NCBI GenBank assembly: GCA_965224025.1
Contig: OZ245033.1
Coordinates: forward strand, 1,024,001-1,088,000
Reading direction: 5' to 3'
Length of the DNA stretch: 64,000 nucleotides
Source of the DNA: Candidatus Multivorans sp.
GTDB lineage: Bacteria; Acidobacteriota; Thermoanaerobaculia; Multivoradales; Multivoraceae
The position numbers and the translations under genes were made by a program. Shown piece after piece: positions 41,196-51,387 of this stretch (position 1 is its first letter; each line of letters starts with the position of its first letter). The notes below the pieces were generated by a model that saw nothing but the letters and a program-made list of their open reading frames with translations, was not told the DNA's origin and made no database searches.

Positions 41196-41728
41196 CAACT
41201 CCCAGCGAGCCCAGTATGTCGAAGATCCTCAAGAACAGCTCCCCAGCCGATCTGAACGGCTTTCTAGATGCCGGCAGCGAGATCCAGGGAGATCTCCGAT
41301 TTCGGAACACGTTCCGGGTGCACGGCCATTTCAAGGGCACGGTCGAATCGGAAGGCGAGTTGATCGTCGGTGAAGGGGGCGTGGTCGAAGGAGTCGTCAA
41401 GGTGGGCGAACTCAGCGTCTCCGGGCGGCTCGAAGGCCAGGTCGAGGCCACGAAGCGGATGGAAATCGGCGGGAACGGTCACGTCGAGGGCGAGATCAAC
41501 TCTCCGGTTCTCGTCATCGCGAGCGGGGCGTTCTTCCAAGGCCAGTGCATCATGAGCCCGTCCGAGGCCGTCCGCCCCGCGAGACCCGGCGTCGTGGATG
41601 GCGGTAAGCCGGCGCCGGCGACTGGGGACTCCGATCCGGCTCTCCAGCGATTCGCTCTTCCGGGAGGAACCGACTCGCCGGCCGAGTCAGTGAGCGGCGA
41701 CGGCGAATCCGCCGGCCAGCCCGAGTAG
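41192..41728 (+). CDS. Bactofilin (polymer-forming cytoskeletal protein); alternative start 41216
   Basis: EIQGDL.F..RVHG.FKGTV..LIVGEGGVVEG..G.LEGQV..VEGEI..GAFFQGQC beta-helix pattern. Confidence 0.9.
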   Translation: MTTPSEPSMSKILKNSSPADLNGFLDAGSEIQGDLRFRNTFRVHGHFKGTVESEGELIVGEGGVVEGVVKVGELSVSGRLEGQVEATKRMEIGGNGHVEGEINSPVLVIASGAFFQGQCIMSPSEAVRPARPGVVDGGKPAPATGDSDPALQRFALPGGTDSPAESVSGDGESAGQPE

Positions 41729-41792
41729 CCACGCCCAGTTCAGCCGCGGTCAGGGTGCCGCCATGCACCCGGTGACGGGCGCACGGACTGGT

Positions 41793-43472
41793 TCAGGGTT
41801 CGCGCGGATCGCGCCACCCGGGTTGGCGCGCGGTACCGGTCTTCGTTTCGTAGGACGGCACGAAGGCGATCGGCCGGCGAGCCAGTGTCGACGGTTTGAA
41901 GGCTTCGGTGATCACACGGCCGTCGATGTCGAGCGCGGTCGGCAGGTTCAAGGCGTAGAGCAGGGTTGGCGCCACGTCCTGAATGCCGAGCCGGGTCAGG
42001 AGAAGGCCCTCGTTGATTCCCTGTCCCCGTAGCAGGAGCAGCCCGTCTGGCGTGTTCTGGGAACCGCCCCCCGTCCCGCCGGGCGCCTTGCCGCGTACGC
42101 CGAACAGGCGACGCAGGGGCCCGGACCGCCTCCAACCGTAGGCGCTGACCACCGCCAGCATCCGGGGCGGCGGCAGTTGCTCCCAGGCCTCGGCCACCAG
42201 ACCGTCCACGAACGCGTAGTAGGCGGATAGCCAGCGCGCCCGGTCGATGCGAACCTGCTCCTGATCGCCGTCGAACTGGACCGCCTCGTAGGAGTCGTAG
42301 TAGAGGTGCGAGACCGCGGCCAGCCCGTCCATCACCGCGAAGACGACGAGCCCCGAATCGTCGTCCTGAGACCGCGCCGCCAGGATTTCCAGCAGTTGGG
42401 CCTGGGTCTCCAGATCACGGAGCGCCGCGGTATAGAGCGCGGACGGCGGACCGTCTCCGAGCCGGGCGAGCCGCTCGTCCTCCATGGCTGAACCGAGGGC
42501 CGCGGCCCGGGCGACGGGGGAGTCGGTGAGGCCGACGGCGAAGTCGAGTGCGAACACGTCGAGGCCGAAGCCCGCCGCGATCTGCCAGAGGGACGGAGCG
42601 GAAGGCAGGACCGGCGGGCCGCCCTCGATCGTGCCACGGTCGCCCCAGACGCTGAACGCGATACCGCGGGGCGCAAGGTGGAAGCGTTCGCCGCGAAGCG
42701 ACGGCGCGCCCCGGGTCTCCTCGGAGACGACGCCGTGCCGGAACGGGTACTTACCTGTAACCACCGTGGTCCAGAGAGGCAGGCGGCTCGCCGGTTCGAT
42801 GGACTCGGCGCGACCGTAGCTGCCGGTTCGCATCGTCTGTGAGAAGAACGGGAGCAGCCCTTGTTCGGAGAGGGGCAAGATGGCGTCGAGCGAGGCGCCA
42901 TCGAGGCCCACGATCAGGAGGTTGGGCGGTGGTGTGGACTCGATCGCCGCCGCGCGAGGCTTCCTAAGCGGCGGCGGCTCGAAGGCTTCGCGCCGTTCGA
43001 AGACCGAGTACACGGTCAGCACCGCCAGACTGGCGATGCCGAAGCGGCTGCGGGCGCCGTAGGGCCTCTGCCGGCGGTAGGTGTGAAGGAACGCGGTGTA
43101 GAGCGTGACCGCTGCCGCCAGGGCCAGCCAGAGTCCGGCCTTGATCAGGCGATCGTGGATGCCTGGCGGCAGGAACTGATCGTAGAAGGCCGCGTGGGCA
43201 AGGTCGAGGCCGGCAGCGGCGCCGAACACGCCCGCGAGGCACCAGGGAAGCAGCCGCCGCGCACGCTCGGGCGCCCGCCATGAGATGGGGATCAGCACCG
43301 CCATCGTGCTGAGCGCCCCAAGCAACCCGTAGTAGGCGCTGGTCCGGAACACCGGTCCGGGGTGAAACGGCAGGTGCGGGTTGAGGAAGAAGAGGAGCCC
43401 CGTCAGGTGGATCCCGGCCAGGAGTCCGGGTATCGCGCATGCAGCGCAACTGAGGAGCCGTTCCCGATTCAC
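41793..43472 (-). CDS. Membrane protein with alkaline-phosphatase/phosphodiesterase-superfamily domain (start uncertain)
   Basis: About five N-terminal TM helices, IVGLDGA, LWTTVVTGK.P..HG, DVAPTLLYAL..DGRV. Confidence 0.8.
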   Translation of the reverse strand: MNRERLLSCAACAIPGLLAGIHLTGLLFFLNPHLPFHPGPVFRTSAYYGLLGALSTMAVLIPISWRAPERARRLLPWCLAGVFGAAAGLDLAHAAFYDQFLPPGIHDRLIKAGLWLALAAAVTLYTAFLHTYRRQRPYGARSRFGIASLAVLTVYSVFERREAFEPPPLRKPRAAAIESTPPPNLLIVGLDGASLDAILPLSEQGLLPFFSQTMRTGSYGRAESIEPASRLPLWTTVVTGKYPFRHGVVSEETRGAPSLRGERFHLAPRGIAFSVWGDRGTIEGGPPVLPSAPSLWQIAAGFGLDVFALDFAVGLTDSPVARAAALGSAMEDERLARLGDGPPSALYTAALRDLETQAQLLEILAARSQDDDSGLVVFAVMDGLAAVSHLYYDSYEAVQFDGDQEQVRIDRARWLSAYYAFVDGLVAEAWEQLPPPRMLAVVSAYGWRRSGPLRRLFGVRGKAPGGTGGGSQNTPDGLLLLRGQGINEGLLLTRLGIQDVAPTLLYALNLPTALDIDGRVITEAFKPSTLARRPIAFVPSYETKTGTARQPGWRDPREP

Positions 43473-43562
43473 TGGGCCAACTCTACCGGGAGGACGCGGA
43501 GTCCGCGCCGCGTTTGGGGAAGCGGGACGTCGGCAGGCTCGCCCCACCGCGCGGCCGTGGAG

Positions 43563-43598
43563 TACCGGACGGCCTACCGGACGTCCTACCGGACGGCC
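43563..43598. repeat. 3 x 12-bp tandem repeat in a divergent intergenic region
   Basis: TACCGGACGGCC TACCGGACGTCC TACCGGACGGCC. Confidence 0.85.
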
Positions 43599-43647
43599 AC
43601 TCGGCTTCGACCGGAGGCGTGCCGGGAGTGCTACCCTCACTCGCGCC

Positions 43648-44475
43648 ATGGCGGCGCTGGACGCGAGAGGGAGAGTAATCGAGGTCCGGTCGTTGCCTCT
43701 TCGGCACTTCCTGCTCCGGATCCAGGTGGCCGGCATGCCGCCCGCCGCGCCCGGGCAGTTCGTCATGGTGGCTGGCACCAACCAGGCGGAGCCCTACCTG
43801 AGACGGGCGTTCTCGGTCTACGACCAGGCGCCGGCCGGAAACGGAGCGCTGGCGATCTCCCTGCTCGGCAAGGTGATCGGCCGGGGAACGGCGAACCTGG
43901 CGGCCTGTGTCCCAGGTGAAGACATCCCCGTTCTCGGCCCCTTGGGCACCGGCTTTCACAGTATGGCATTCTATGCGCCGCACGGCGGTCGCGCCGCGTT
44001 GGTTGCGGGCGGCATCGGATCGGCTGGCCTCGGCCTGTTGGCCCAGGCGTTCGCGCGTGCCGGAAGGCCCTTCGACTTCTACTACGGCGGTCGCAGCGCG
44101 GACGATCTGGTAGAGGCCGACGAATTCCGGCGCTTGAGCGAAAGCACCGGCGGTCGGTTGGTCAGGACGACAGAGGACGGCGCCGCCGGTGCCCGAGGGT
44201 TGGTCACGGAGGCGCTTGCGGCGACCCTCGGGGACGGCGCGACAGGGGCGCATGGCGCCTACAAGGCGCTCTACACCTGCGGTCCCCACGGTCTGATGGC
44301 TGCCGTAGCGCGGATCGCGGCCGATCACGGCATCGAAGGGGAAGCAGCGATGGAGACCCCGATGGGTTGCGGCTACGGCGCCTGCCTCGGCTGCGCGGTG
44401 GAGCTCAAGAAGGGCGGTTACGCACTGTGCTGCCGGCACGGCCCGGTCTTCGATCTCGGGGAGGTGGTTTGGTGA
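43648..44475 (+). CDS. pyrK: Dihydroorotate dehydrogenase electron transfer subunit
   Basis: PGQFVM, RRAFS, GGIG, CGP, MGCGYGACLGC..C..GPVF. Confidence 0.93.
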   Translation: MAALDARGRVIEVRSLPLRHFLLRIQVAGMPPAAPGQFVMVAGTNQAEPYLRRAFSVYDQAPAGNGALAISLLGKVIGRGTANLAACVPGEDIPVLGPLGTGFHSMAFYAPHGGRAALVAGGIGSAGLGLLAQAFARAGRPFDFYYGGRSADDLVEADEFRRLSESTGGRLVRTTEDGAAGARGLVTEALAATLGDGATGAHGAYKALYTCGPHGLMAAVARIAADHGIEGEAAMETPMGCGYGACLGCAVELKKGGYALCCRHGPVFDLGEVVW

Positions 44476-45407
44476 CCAGGAACACCGGCACATCCGGCGC
44501 CGACCTCTCCACGCGGGTAGGGCCTCTGCGGCTCCAGAATCCGATCCTGACGGCGAGCGGAACGTTCGGCTACGGCCTGGAGTTCGCCGAACGGGCCGAC
44601 CTGCGGCGACTCGGCGGCCTGGTGACGAAGGGGCTGTCGCTGGAGCCTCTGGCGGGGAATCCGCCGGTTCGGATCGTCGAGACTCGCGGCGGCATGCTGA
44701 ACTCGATCGGCCTGCAGAACATCGGCGTCGACCGGTTCCTGAACGATGTCCTTCCGGGTCTGGCGGGACTGCCGCCGAAGATCATCGTCAACCTGTTCGG
44801 GTACGACCAGGACGACTACGTGCGGCTGGCCGAGCGGGTCGACCCCCATCCCGGCGTGGCCGCGGTGGAGTTGAACGTGTCCTGCCCGAACGCGAGCAAG
44901 GGCGGGATGGAGTTCGGTCATGACCCCGACATCCTGTGCGGCCTGGTCCGGCGAGTACGTTCCGCGACCGGCAAGCCGGTGGTGGTCAAGCTGTCGCCGA
45001 ACGTCACCTCGCCGGCGGCCCTGGGCCAGGCTGCGAGCGCCGGCGGCGCCGATATCCTGTCGGCGGTGAACACCTTTGTCGGCATGGCGATCGACACGAA
45101 TACCCGGCGTCCGGTGCTGTCGACGGTTCGTGGCGGGCTTTCCGGGCCGGCGATCAAGCCGCTGGCGCTGCGGATCGTCTGGGATGTCGCCCGCGAGGTC
45201 GACCTGCCGGTGATCGGAATCGGCGGGGTCGAGACGGTTGACGACGTTCTGGAGTTTCTGCTGGCGGGCGCCTCGGCGGTGCAGGTCGGAACGGCGCTCT
45301 TCCGCGACCCCAGGACGGCGGAGCGCCTCGTCGATGGACTACGCGAGCGTCTCGAGGCGGATAGTGTGGACTCGGTGGCCTCCCTGATCGGGGCGGCAGC
45401 TTCGTGA
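44472..45407 (+). CDS. pyrD: Dihydroorotate dehydrogenase type 1B catalytic subunit
   Basis: ASGTFGYG, NSIGLQN, ELNVSCPN, KLSPNV, GGLSGPAIKP. Confidence 0.96.
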   Translation: MTRNTGTSGADLSTRVGPLRLQNPILTASGTFGYGLEFAERADLRRLGGLVTKGLSLEPLAGNPPVRIVETRGGMLNSIGLQNIGVDRFLNDVLPGLAGLPPKIIVNLFGYDQDDYVRLAERVDPHPGVAAVELNVSCPNASKGGMEFGHDPDILCGLVRRVRSATGKPVVVKLSPNVTSPAALGQAASAGGADILSAVNTFVGMAIDTNTRRPVLSTVRGGLSGPAIKPLALRIVWDVAREVDLPVIGIGGVETVDDVLEFLLAGASAVQVGTALFRDPRTAERLVDGLRERLEADSVDSVASLIGAAAS

Positions 45408-46093
45408 CCGACCGGCTGGAGCGGGTCGCCGTCGCCCTCGACACGGACGATCGCGACACGTACCGCCGCTGGTGTTCCTTCTTCGGTCCTCGCGCCGGCG
45501 TCCTGAAGGTGGGACCGCGGGTCGTCCTGCGCTGGGGGCGCGCGGCGGTCGAAGAGGCTGCGAGAACTGGCGCGGAGGTCTTCCTCGACTTCAAGTTCCA
45601 CGACATCCCGAGTGCCGTCGCGGGCACCGTGGGCGCGGCGAAGGAGCTGGGCGTCTCCTACCTGACGGTGCATGCGGGTGGCGGCCGGCGGATGTTGGAG
45701 GCCGCGGTCGAAGCGGCTGGTGACGAGATCCGCGTGCTCGGGATCACGGTACTCACCCATCTCGCGCCCGAAGACCTCGAGAAACTGGATCTGCCGGGTC
45801 GGGCCGCGGATCGTGTTCTGGCTTGGGCGTCCACGGCGCAGCGGGCCGGTTGCGCCGGCGTGGTCTGTTCGCCGCTCGAGTTGGCCTCCCTGCGCGAGCG
45901 ACTTGGGCCGGAGCTGCTGCTGGTGAGCCCGGGAATCCGCTTCGGGGATTCCGGGAGCGACGATCAGCGCCGCGTCGCGACTCCGGCGGCAGCGCTACGG
46001 TCCGGGGCGGACCTGATTGTGATCGGGCGGCCGCTGACCCAGGCCGCCGACCCCGAGGCAGCCCTCGCGGCGCTGGCGGCGGCCGGCGCCTGA
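45404..46093 (+). CDS. pyrF: Orotidine-5'-phosphate decarboxylase
   Basis: VALD, DFKFHDIP, PGIR, DDQRR, VIGRP. Confidence 0.95.
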   Translation: MTDRLERVAVALDTDDRDTYRRWCSFFGPRAGVLKVGPRVVLRWGRAAVEEAARTGAEVFLDFKFHDIPSAVAGTVGAAKELGVSYLTVHAGGGRRMLEAAVEAAGDEIRVLGITVLTHLAPEDLEKLDLPGRAADRVLAWASTAQRAGCAGVVCSPLELASLRERLGPELLLVSPGIRFGDSGSDDQRRVATPAAALRSGADLIVIGRPLTQAADPEAALAALAAAGA

Positions 46094-46121
46094 TCCGCGG
46101 GAGGCGCTTTCCCGAGACGGA

Positions 46122-46739
46122 TCACCGCGGGACGTGGAAGGTCCGCCGCCAGCGGACGGCCCATCTCCCGGCTTCCCCGTCACGCGACCAGTAGACGAGT
46201 AGCGGCCGGCCGCGCACCAGTTCGGTTCCGACGGGGCCGAAGAAGCGCGAGTCGCGGGATATGTCGCGGTTGTCGCCGAGACAGAAGAGGCGCCCGGCCG
46301 GCACGGGTTCGGGACCGTACTCATCGCGGCGCCAGAAACTCTCGTGAAGGAACTCCGACCGGGGATAGACCCGGTTGTCCGAGTGGACGACGTAGGCGGT
46401 CTCATCGACTTCGTGACCGTTGACGCGGAGCTTCTTCGAGTCGATTTCCACCTCCGCGCCGCCGGTCGCCAGGCAGCGTTTCAGCAGTTCGTGGGCGGGA
46501 TCCTCGATGCCGCGGAAGGTGACCAGGTCGCCGGGTCGGACCTCCCGCTGGGGTACGAGCGGTCCCCAACGACCCGCGCCGGCGCCGAAGATGAACTTGT
46601 TGATCAGCAAGTGATCGCCGACCATCAGCGCTGGTTCCATCGATTCGGAGGGAATGCGATAGGCCTGCACCAGGAAGGCCCGGACGAACAGGGCCAGGAT
46701 GGCCGCGACGAGCAGCACGTCCGCGCCGTCGCGCCACAC
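46122..46739 (-). CDS. lepB: Signal peptidase I (paralog 2, start uncertain)
   Basis: IPSESMEPAL..GD, LKR, LGDNRDISRDSR. Confidence 0.9.
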   Translation of the reverse strand: MWRDGADVLLVAAILALFVRAFLVQAYRIPSESMEPALMVGDHLLINKFIFGAGAGRWGPLVPQREVRPGDLVTFRGIEDPAHELLKRCLATGGAEVEIDSKKLRVNGHEVDETAYVVHSDNRVYPRSEFLHESFWRRDEYGPEPVPAGRLFCLGDNRDISRDSRFFGPVGTELVRGRPLLVYWSRDGEAGRWAVRWRRTFHVPR

Positions 46740-46865
46740 CTTGGGGCGTCCGGTGCGTGGACGAAGTCTCAGGGGAGGCTCCCGGCAGTTCTAGGAGTCG
46801 AGTCGCGGCGTCCGCGCCGCGCTGACGCACAGGAAACAGGGTTTGTTCCATGCAAGCGCGAGCTC

Positions 46866-47600
46866 CTACCGGATTACCTTGAAGGTGCGCTCCCAGCGGC
46901 TCTTGGTCAGGAAGCCCAGAGCCGTGTTCGCGAGCTGTTTCAGGCGGTGACCGAGACCGCGCCATGTGCCGTCCGGGGTATCGCCTCCGTACGACCAGTA
47001 GACCATCGCCGCCCGGCCCTTGACCAGGGAGAGCGGCACCGGGCCCCAAGCGCGCGAGTCATAGGACTCGTCGCGGTTGTCGCCCAGACAGAAAAGGTGG
47101 TCCTCCGGTACGAGGAGTGGTCCCCAGTTGTCTCGGAGGAAGTCTAGGCCGTACCTCCGCGTCGCTGTTTGGATACGGCGGTCGCGATGGATCGCGTAGG
47201 TGGCGTCATCCACCTCCTCGCCGTTCAGGAAGAGCCGCTTGTCGACCATCCGGATCTCGTCGCCTGGCAAGCCGATACAGCGCTTGACGAGGTCCATCTT
47301 CGGCGTCTCGGGCGACCGGAAGATGAGGATGTCGCCACGCCGCACATCGCGGCCCGGCAGCAGTTTCTGCTCGAGCGCCGTGGGGCGCGGCCCGAAGATG
47401 TACCGGTTGACGAACAAGTGGTCGCCGATCAGCAGCGTGTCCTCCATCGAACCGCTGGGGATGTAGAAGGTCTTCAGGACGAAGTTGTTCGTGAAGCCGA
47501 GGAAGATGGCCGCCACGATCAGGGCCTCGAGGTACTCGCGGATCACGGACGCGCGGCGTCCGCCCGCGGATTCCGGAGCCTTGTTCTCGCCGCTCGCCAT
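46866..47600 (-). CDS. lepB: Signal peptidase I (paralog 1)
   Basis: IPSGSMEDTLLIGD, VKRCIGLPGD, LGDNRDESYDSR. Confidence 0.95.
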   Translation of the reverse strand: MASGENKAPESAGGRRASVIREYLEALIVAAIFLGFTNNFVLKTFYIPSGSMEDTLLIGDHLFVNRYIFGPRPTALEQKLLPGRDVRRGDILIFRSPETPKMDLVKRCIGLPGDEIRMVDKRLFLNGEEVDDATYAIHRDRRIQTATRRYGLDFLRDNWGPLLVPEDHLFCLGDNRDESYDSRAWGPVPLSLVKGRAAMVYWSYGGDTPDGTWRGLGHRLKQLANTALGFLTKSRWERTFKVIR

Positions 47601-48015
47601 CGGTTGGCTAATCTACACGAGCGGGGTGCCGCGCGATGGGCACGCCCGGGGCCTGATCGGTGGCCCTATCGCGTGTCAGAACGCTCCTGGAGTCGGACCA
47701 GCGGTACCGGGGCGTCTCGGCGCCCTACCGCGTGTCGAGAGTTTTGGATTCGGTCCAGCTCGCTTGACAGCAGGCCGTCGCAACCGCAGGTCCCGCCAAA
47801 TGAGAAAGATGCGGCCCGGAACCGCGCGAACGGGTCAAGGTCTCTTGACGAAACGGCTCCGTTTCTCGTTCCTGATGCCCGCATAACGTGTTGATTCAAA
47901 GTGTCTTACAGGATTCGTGCGTGTTGGCCGGGAACTTGAAACAAGAAGCGGCATCTATACATTCGGGAGCAAGGAGGTGTCCAAGGGGTACCAGGGAAGC
48001 CAAGTTGGCAAAGGA

Positions 48016-48043
48016 CCAGGGGGACACCTCGGTGTCCCCCTGG
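48016..48043. promoter_or_regulatory. Perfect 13-bp inverted repeat upstream of comEA
   Basis: CCAGGGGGACACC-TC-GGTGTCCCCCTGG; function unknown. Confidence 0.5.
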
Positions 48044-48112
48044 CATGCCACGATCCTTGCTCCGGGATGGCGGTTTTGACCAATACGAAAACCCCTGCGG
48101 GAACCAACGGAG

Positions 48113-48487
48113 ATGAACATGACAAGAAGGAAGAAGATCGCGTCGGTGGTAGTGCTCACGCTAGGCATGGTGGCTGCGCTGCCTGCCGGAGCGGCTGAAG
48201 GCGTAGTCAACATCAACAATGCGGATGCTGCCGCGCTCTCGCTCCTGCCCGGCGTCGGGCCGTCGACGGCGGGGAGGATCGTGGAGTTCCGTACGGAGAA
48301 CGGCAAGTTCGAGTCGGCCGCGGACCTGATGCTTGTCCGCGGCATCGGCGAACGATCGTTCGAGCGCATGCGGTCGTACGTGACGATCGAGGGGGACACG
48401 ACATTGACGGAGAAGGTGCGAGTCCCCAGGGAGAAGACCGGCTCCGACGAAGCGTCAGGGTCGGATGGCCCCACCGACGGCCCCTGA
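48113..48487 (+). CDS. comEA: ComEA-family DNA-binding HhH protein with signal peptide
   Basis: VNINNA..LPGVGPSTAGRIV..NGKF..DLMLVRGIG. Confidence 0.9.
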   Translation: MNMTRRKKIASVVVLTLGMVAALPAGAAEGVVNINNADAAALSLLPGVGPSTAGRIVEFRTENGKFESAADLMLVRGIGERSFERMRSYVTIEGDTTLTEKVRVPREKTGSDEASGSDGPTDGP

Positions 48488-48545
48488 TCGGCACGGAATC
48501 GTAGCGCTCGACGGCATGGAGGCGGGCGGGTCTTCGCCCGCCTCC

Positions 48546-49175
48546 ATGTTTCGTCCTGACTGCCGGGGTGCGAGAGTCGAGAGTGGCTTCACGCTTCTCG
48601 AACTCCTGGTTTCAATGACGATCCTTGCCTTGCTGGCCACGCTCGCCGTGCCCCCGCTACGCCAGCAGATCGCTCAACATCGCGTGCGGCTTGCAGCCGC
48701 TGAGGTTGCCTCGACGCTGTGGACCGCGCGGGGCAGTGCGGTCCACCACGGTGTCGCAGTCGCCGTCCGCTTCGAGGTGCAGGAATCCGAAGCGGACCCC
48801 GCGGTCGCCGTCTTTTCGCTCTACGCGGACGGCGACGGCGACGGCGTGCGTACCGCGGACCTGAGCGCCGGTACTGATCCACGGATAGGGCGTCCGGCGC
48901 GATTGCTTCACGTCGGCAGCGGCGTTCGTTTCGGCATCCCGGAGGACCTGGAGCCCAGGGAGTTCACGGGCTCAGACCGGCTCGATCGTTTGGACGATCC
49001 GGTGCGGTTCGGCCGTAGCGACCTCGCTTCCTTCAGCCCGGTCGGCACCGCGAGCCCGGGCACTGTCTTCCTCACCGACGGCTACCACCTGTTCGCGGTA
49101 CGCGTCTACAACCGCACCGGGAAGATCCGGATCCTGCGCTACGTCCGTGAACGCGAGCAGTGGAAGGGACTCTAG
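48546..49175 (+). CDS. FimT/GspH-like (pseudo)pilin
   Basis: Class III signal G-FTLLELLV; C-terminal FSPVG..GTVFL..TGKIR. Confidence 0.85.
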   Translation: MFRPDCRGARVESGFTLLELLVSMTILALLATLAVPPLRQQIAQHRVRLAAAEVASTLWTARGSAVHHGVAVAVRFEVQESEADPAVAVFSLYADGDGDGVRTADLSAGTDPRIGRPARLLHVGSGVRFGIPEDLEPREFTGSDRLDRLDDPVRFGRSDLASFSPVGTASPGTVFLTDGYHLFAVRVYNRTGKIRILRYVREREQWKGL

Positions 49176-49238
49176 CCAGAGCCGCAACGCATGCCGAACA
49201 CTACGGTTCACTAGTTGTGGCGCGCTACGCTTCGCCGC

Positions 49239-50294
49239 ATGGAGGCCCCGAAGGCAGGCGCGGCGGCGGAGGGCTTCTCGCCCATTCGCTGGTCCGGCGA
49301 CGAACTGCTGCTGCTGGATCAGACCCTCCTTCCCGAGCGGGAGGTCTGGCTTCCATGCCGGCGCCCCGAGGACGTTGCCGGGGCGATCCGCCGCCTCTCC
49401 GTGCGCGGCGCGCCGGCCATCGGCGTGGCCGCTGCCTACGGGCTGGTTGTCGGCGCGGACGATTTCGGCGCCGCCTACGACCTGCTGCTCTCCACCCGGC
49501 CGACGGCGGTCAACCTGCGCTGGGCCCTGGAACGGGGGCGCGCGCTCCATGACCGCTGCATCGAAGCCGGCGAGCGGCATGAGCTGCGCGCCCGGTTGCT
49601 CGCGTGGGCCCGCGACCTGCACGGGCAGGATGTCGAGGCGAACCGCCGGATCGGCAGGTTCGGCCGGGAGCTGTTCGAGCAGGGCGACCGGGTCCTGACC
49701 CATTGCAATGCCGGCGCCCTGGCCACGGCGGGCTACGGCACTGCGATCGGAGTGGTCGAGGCGGCCTGGTCGGCCGGACGCCTGGCGAGCGTCTGGGTCG
49801 ACGAGACCCGGCCGCTGCTCCAGGGCTCGCGGCTGACGACCTGGGAGCTGGCGCGGCTCGAGATCCCGCACCGACTGATCACGGACAACAGCGCCGGTGC
49901 GATCATCGCCCGGGGCTGGGTCCAGAAGATCGTCGTCGGCGCCGACCGGATCGCCGCCAACGGCGACGTCGCGAACAAGGTCGGTACGTACCCCGTCGCC
50001 GTGCTCGCGGCCCGTCACGGCGTTCCCTTCTACGTCGCGGCGCCCCTGTCGACGATCGATCGCGCCACGCCGTCGGGGTCCGACATCCCGATCGAGGAGC
50101 GTGACGCGGACGAGGTGGTCCACGCCTTTGGCAAGCGGATCGCGCCCCAGGACACCGAGGCCCTCAACCTGGCCTTCGACGTGACGCCCGCGGAGCTCGT
50201 GGCGGCGTTGGTCACCGACGCCGGCGTGCTCCGGCCGCCTTACCGCGAGTCGATCGCCGCCGCGTTCAGCAGCCGGGACACGGCCGGTTCTTGA
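49239..50294 (+). CDS. mtnA: S-methyl-5-thioribose-1-phosphate isomerase
   Basis: LLDQTLLP, VRGAPAIG, TRPTAVNL, THCNAGALAT, ETRPLLQGSRLT, NGDVANKVGTY. Confidence 0.96.
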   Translation: MEAPKAGAAAEGFSPIRWSGDELLLLDQTLLPEREVWLPCRRPEDVAGAIRRLSVRGAPAIGVAAAYGLVVGADDFGAAYDLLLSTRPTAVNLRWALERGRALHDRCIEAGERHELRARLLAWARDLHGQDVEANRRIGRFGRELFEQGDRVLTHCNAGALATAGYGTAIGVVEAAWSAGRLASVWVDETRPLLQGSRLTTWELARLEIPHRLITDNSAGAIIARGWVQKIVVGADRIAANGDVANKVGTYPVAVLAARHGVPFYVAAPLSTIDRATPSGSDIPIEERDADEVVHAFGKRIAPQDTEALNLAFDVTPAELVAALVTDAGVLRPPYRESIAAAFSSRDTAGS

Positions 50295-51336
50295 GCACCC
50301 ATCCGGAACTCAGCGCCGCCTTCGAGCAGTTCGCGCGCGTCGAGGCGCCGGACCTCGACTCGCCGATGTACGCGGAATTCGCGGCGGGCGTGGCGAGAGA
50401 CGGCGAACTGCTGGCGCTGGCGGCGCGCCGGCAGGCTGGACAGCCGGCGCCGAACATGCTGTTCGGGGCCGTGCAGTACCTTCTCCTGCAGGGAGTGGAG
50501 CACCCGCTGGCCGCGCACTACCCGATCCTCTCGGGCTCTGAGCGGCCGCAAGGGCCTGCTTTCCTGCTGTTCCGGGCGTTCTGCCTGGAACACCGCGAGC
50601 GTGTCGCCGAGCTGATCGCCACCCGCCGCACCCAGACCCAGGTCGTGCGGCGCTGCACCTGTCTGCTGCCCGCTTTCGGCCTGGTCTTTCGGGAGGCCGC
50701 GGCGCCGCTGGCCCTGATCGATGTCGGCGCCAGCGCCGGCCTGAACCTGAACTTCGACCGCTACGCCTACCGGTACCTGCGGGCCGGAAGGGAGGTCCTG
50801 CGCTGGGGAAGTGACACGGCGCGGGTCGCGCTCCAAGCCGATCTGCGGGGCCCCGGCACACTGCCGGAGCCGCCGGAAGAGATTCCGGTCGCCAGTCGCG
50901 ACGGAATCGACGTGAACCCCATCGACCTCGCCGACCGGGATGAATTGCTCTGGTTGCGCGCCTTGATCTGGCCCGAGCACGTGGAACGCCACGGCCAACT
51001 GGTAGACGCAACGGCCGAGCTGAAGTCCAGCCCGATCCGTCTCCACCGCGGGACGCAACGAGGGATCTGTGGCGCCTGCTGGAACGGGTCCCTGCCGAAC
51101 AGGCGCTGGTCGTCTACTCGACGATCGCCCTCTACCAGATTCCTCGTGAGGGCCGGCGGCGCATCACGAGGGCGCTGGAGGCCCAAAGCCGGGAGCGGCC
51201 CGTTTGGCGGGTCGCGCTCGAAGGCATCCACCCGCCGAGCCTGACGCTTACTCGCTACCTGGACGGCTCTGGCCAGACGGAGTTGCTGGCTCGGGCCTCG
51301 CCCCACGGCTGGTGGATCGAGTGGGGAAACTCGTAG
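50291..51336 (+). pseudogene. DUF2332-like protein with a single frameshift near 51050 (possibly a sequencing error)
   Basis: SPMY, TQTQVVRR, DVGASAGLNL, LRALIWPE; other frame continues GDATRDL...ARASPHGWWIEW* to 51336. Confidence 0.7.
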
Positions 51337-51387
51337 GCGACGAAAGGAGGCCTGGTCGCCTGGGCAAGTTCCCCGGACGGCTTTCCG

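Noticed and set aside
46122-47600. Tandem lepB paralogs as a novelty
   Set aside because: Both have ordinary Ser/Lys catalytic motifs and multiple signal peptidases are common
48046-48061. sigma54-like TGCCACGATCCTTGCT upstream of comEA
   Set aside because: The invariant -24 GG is GC
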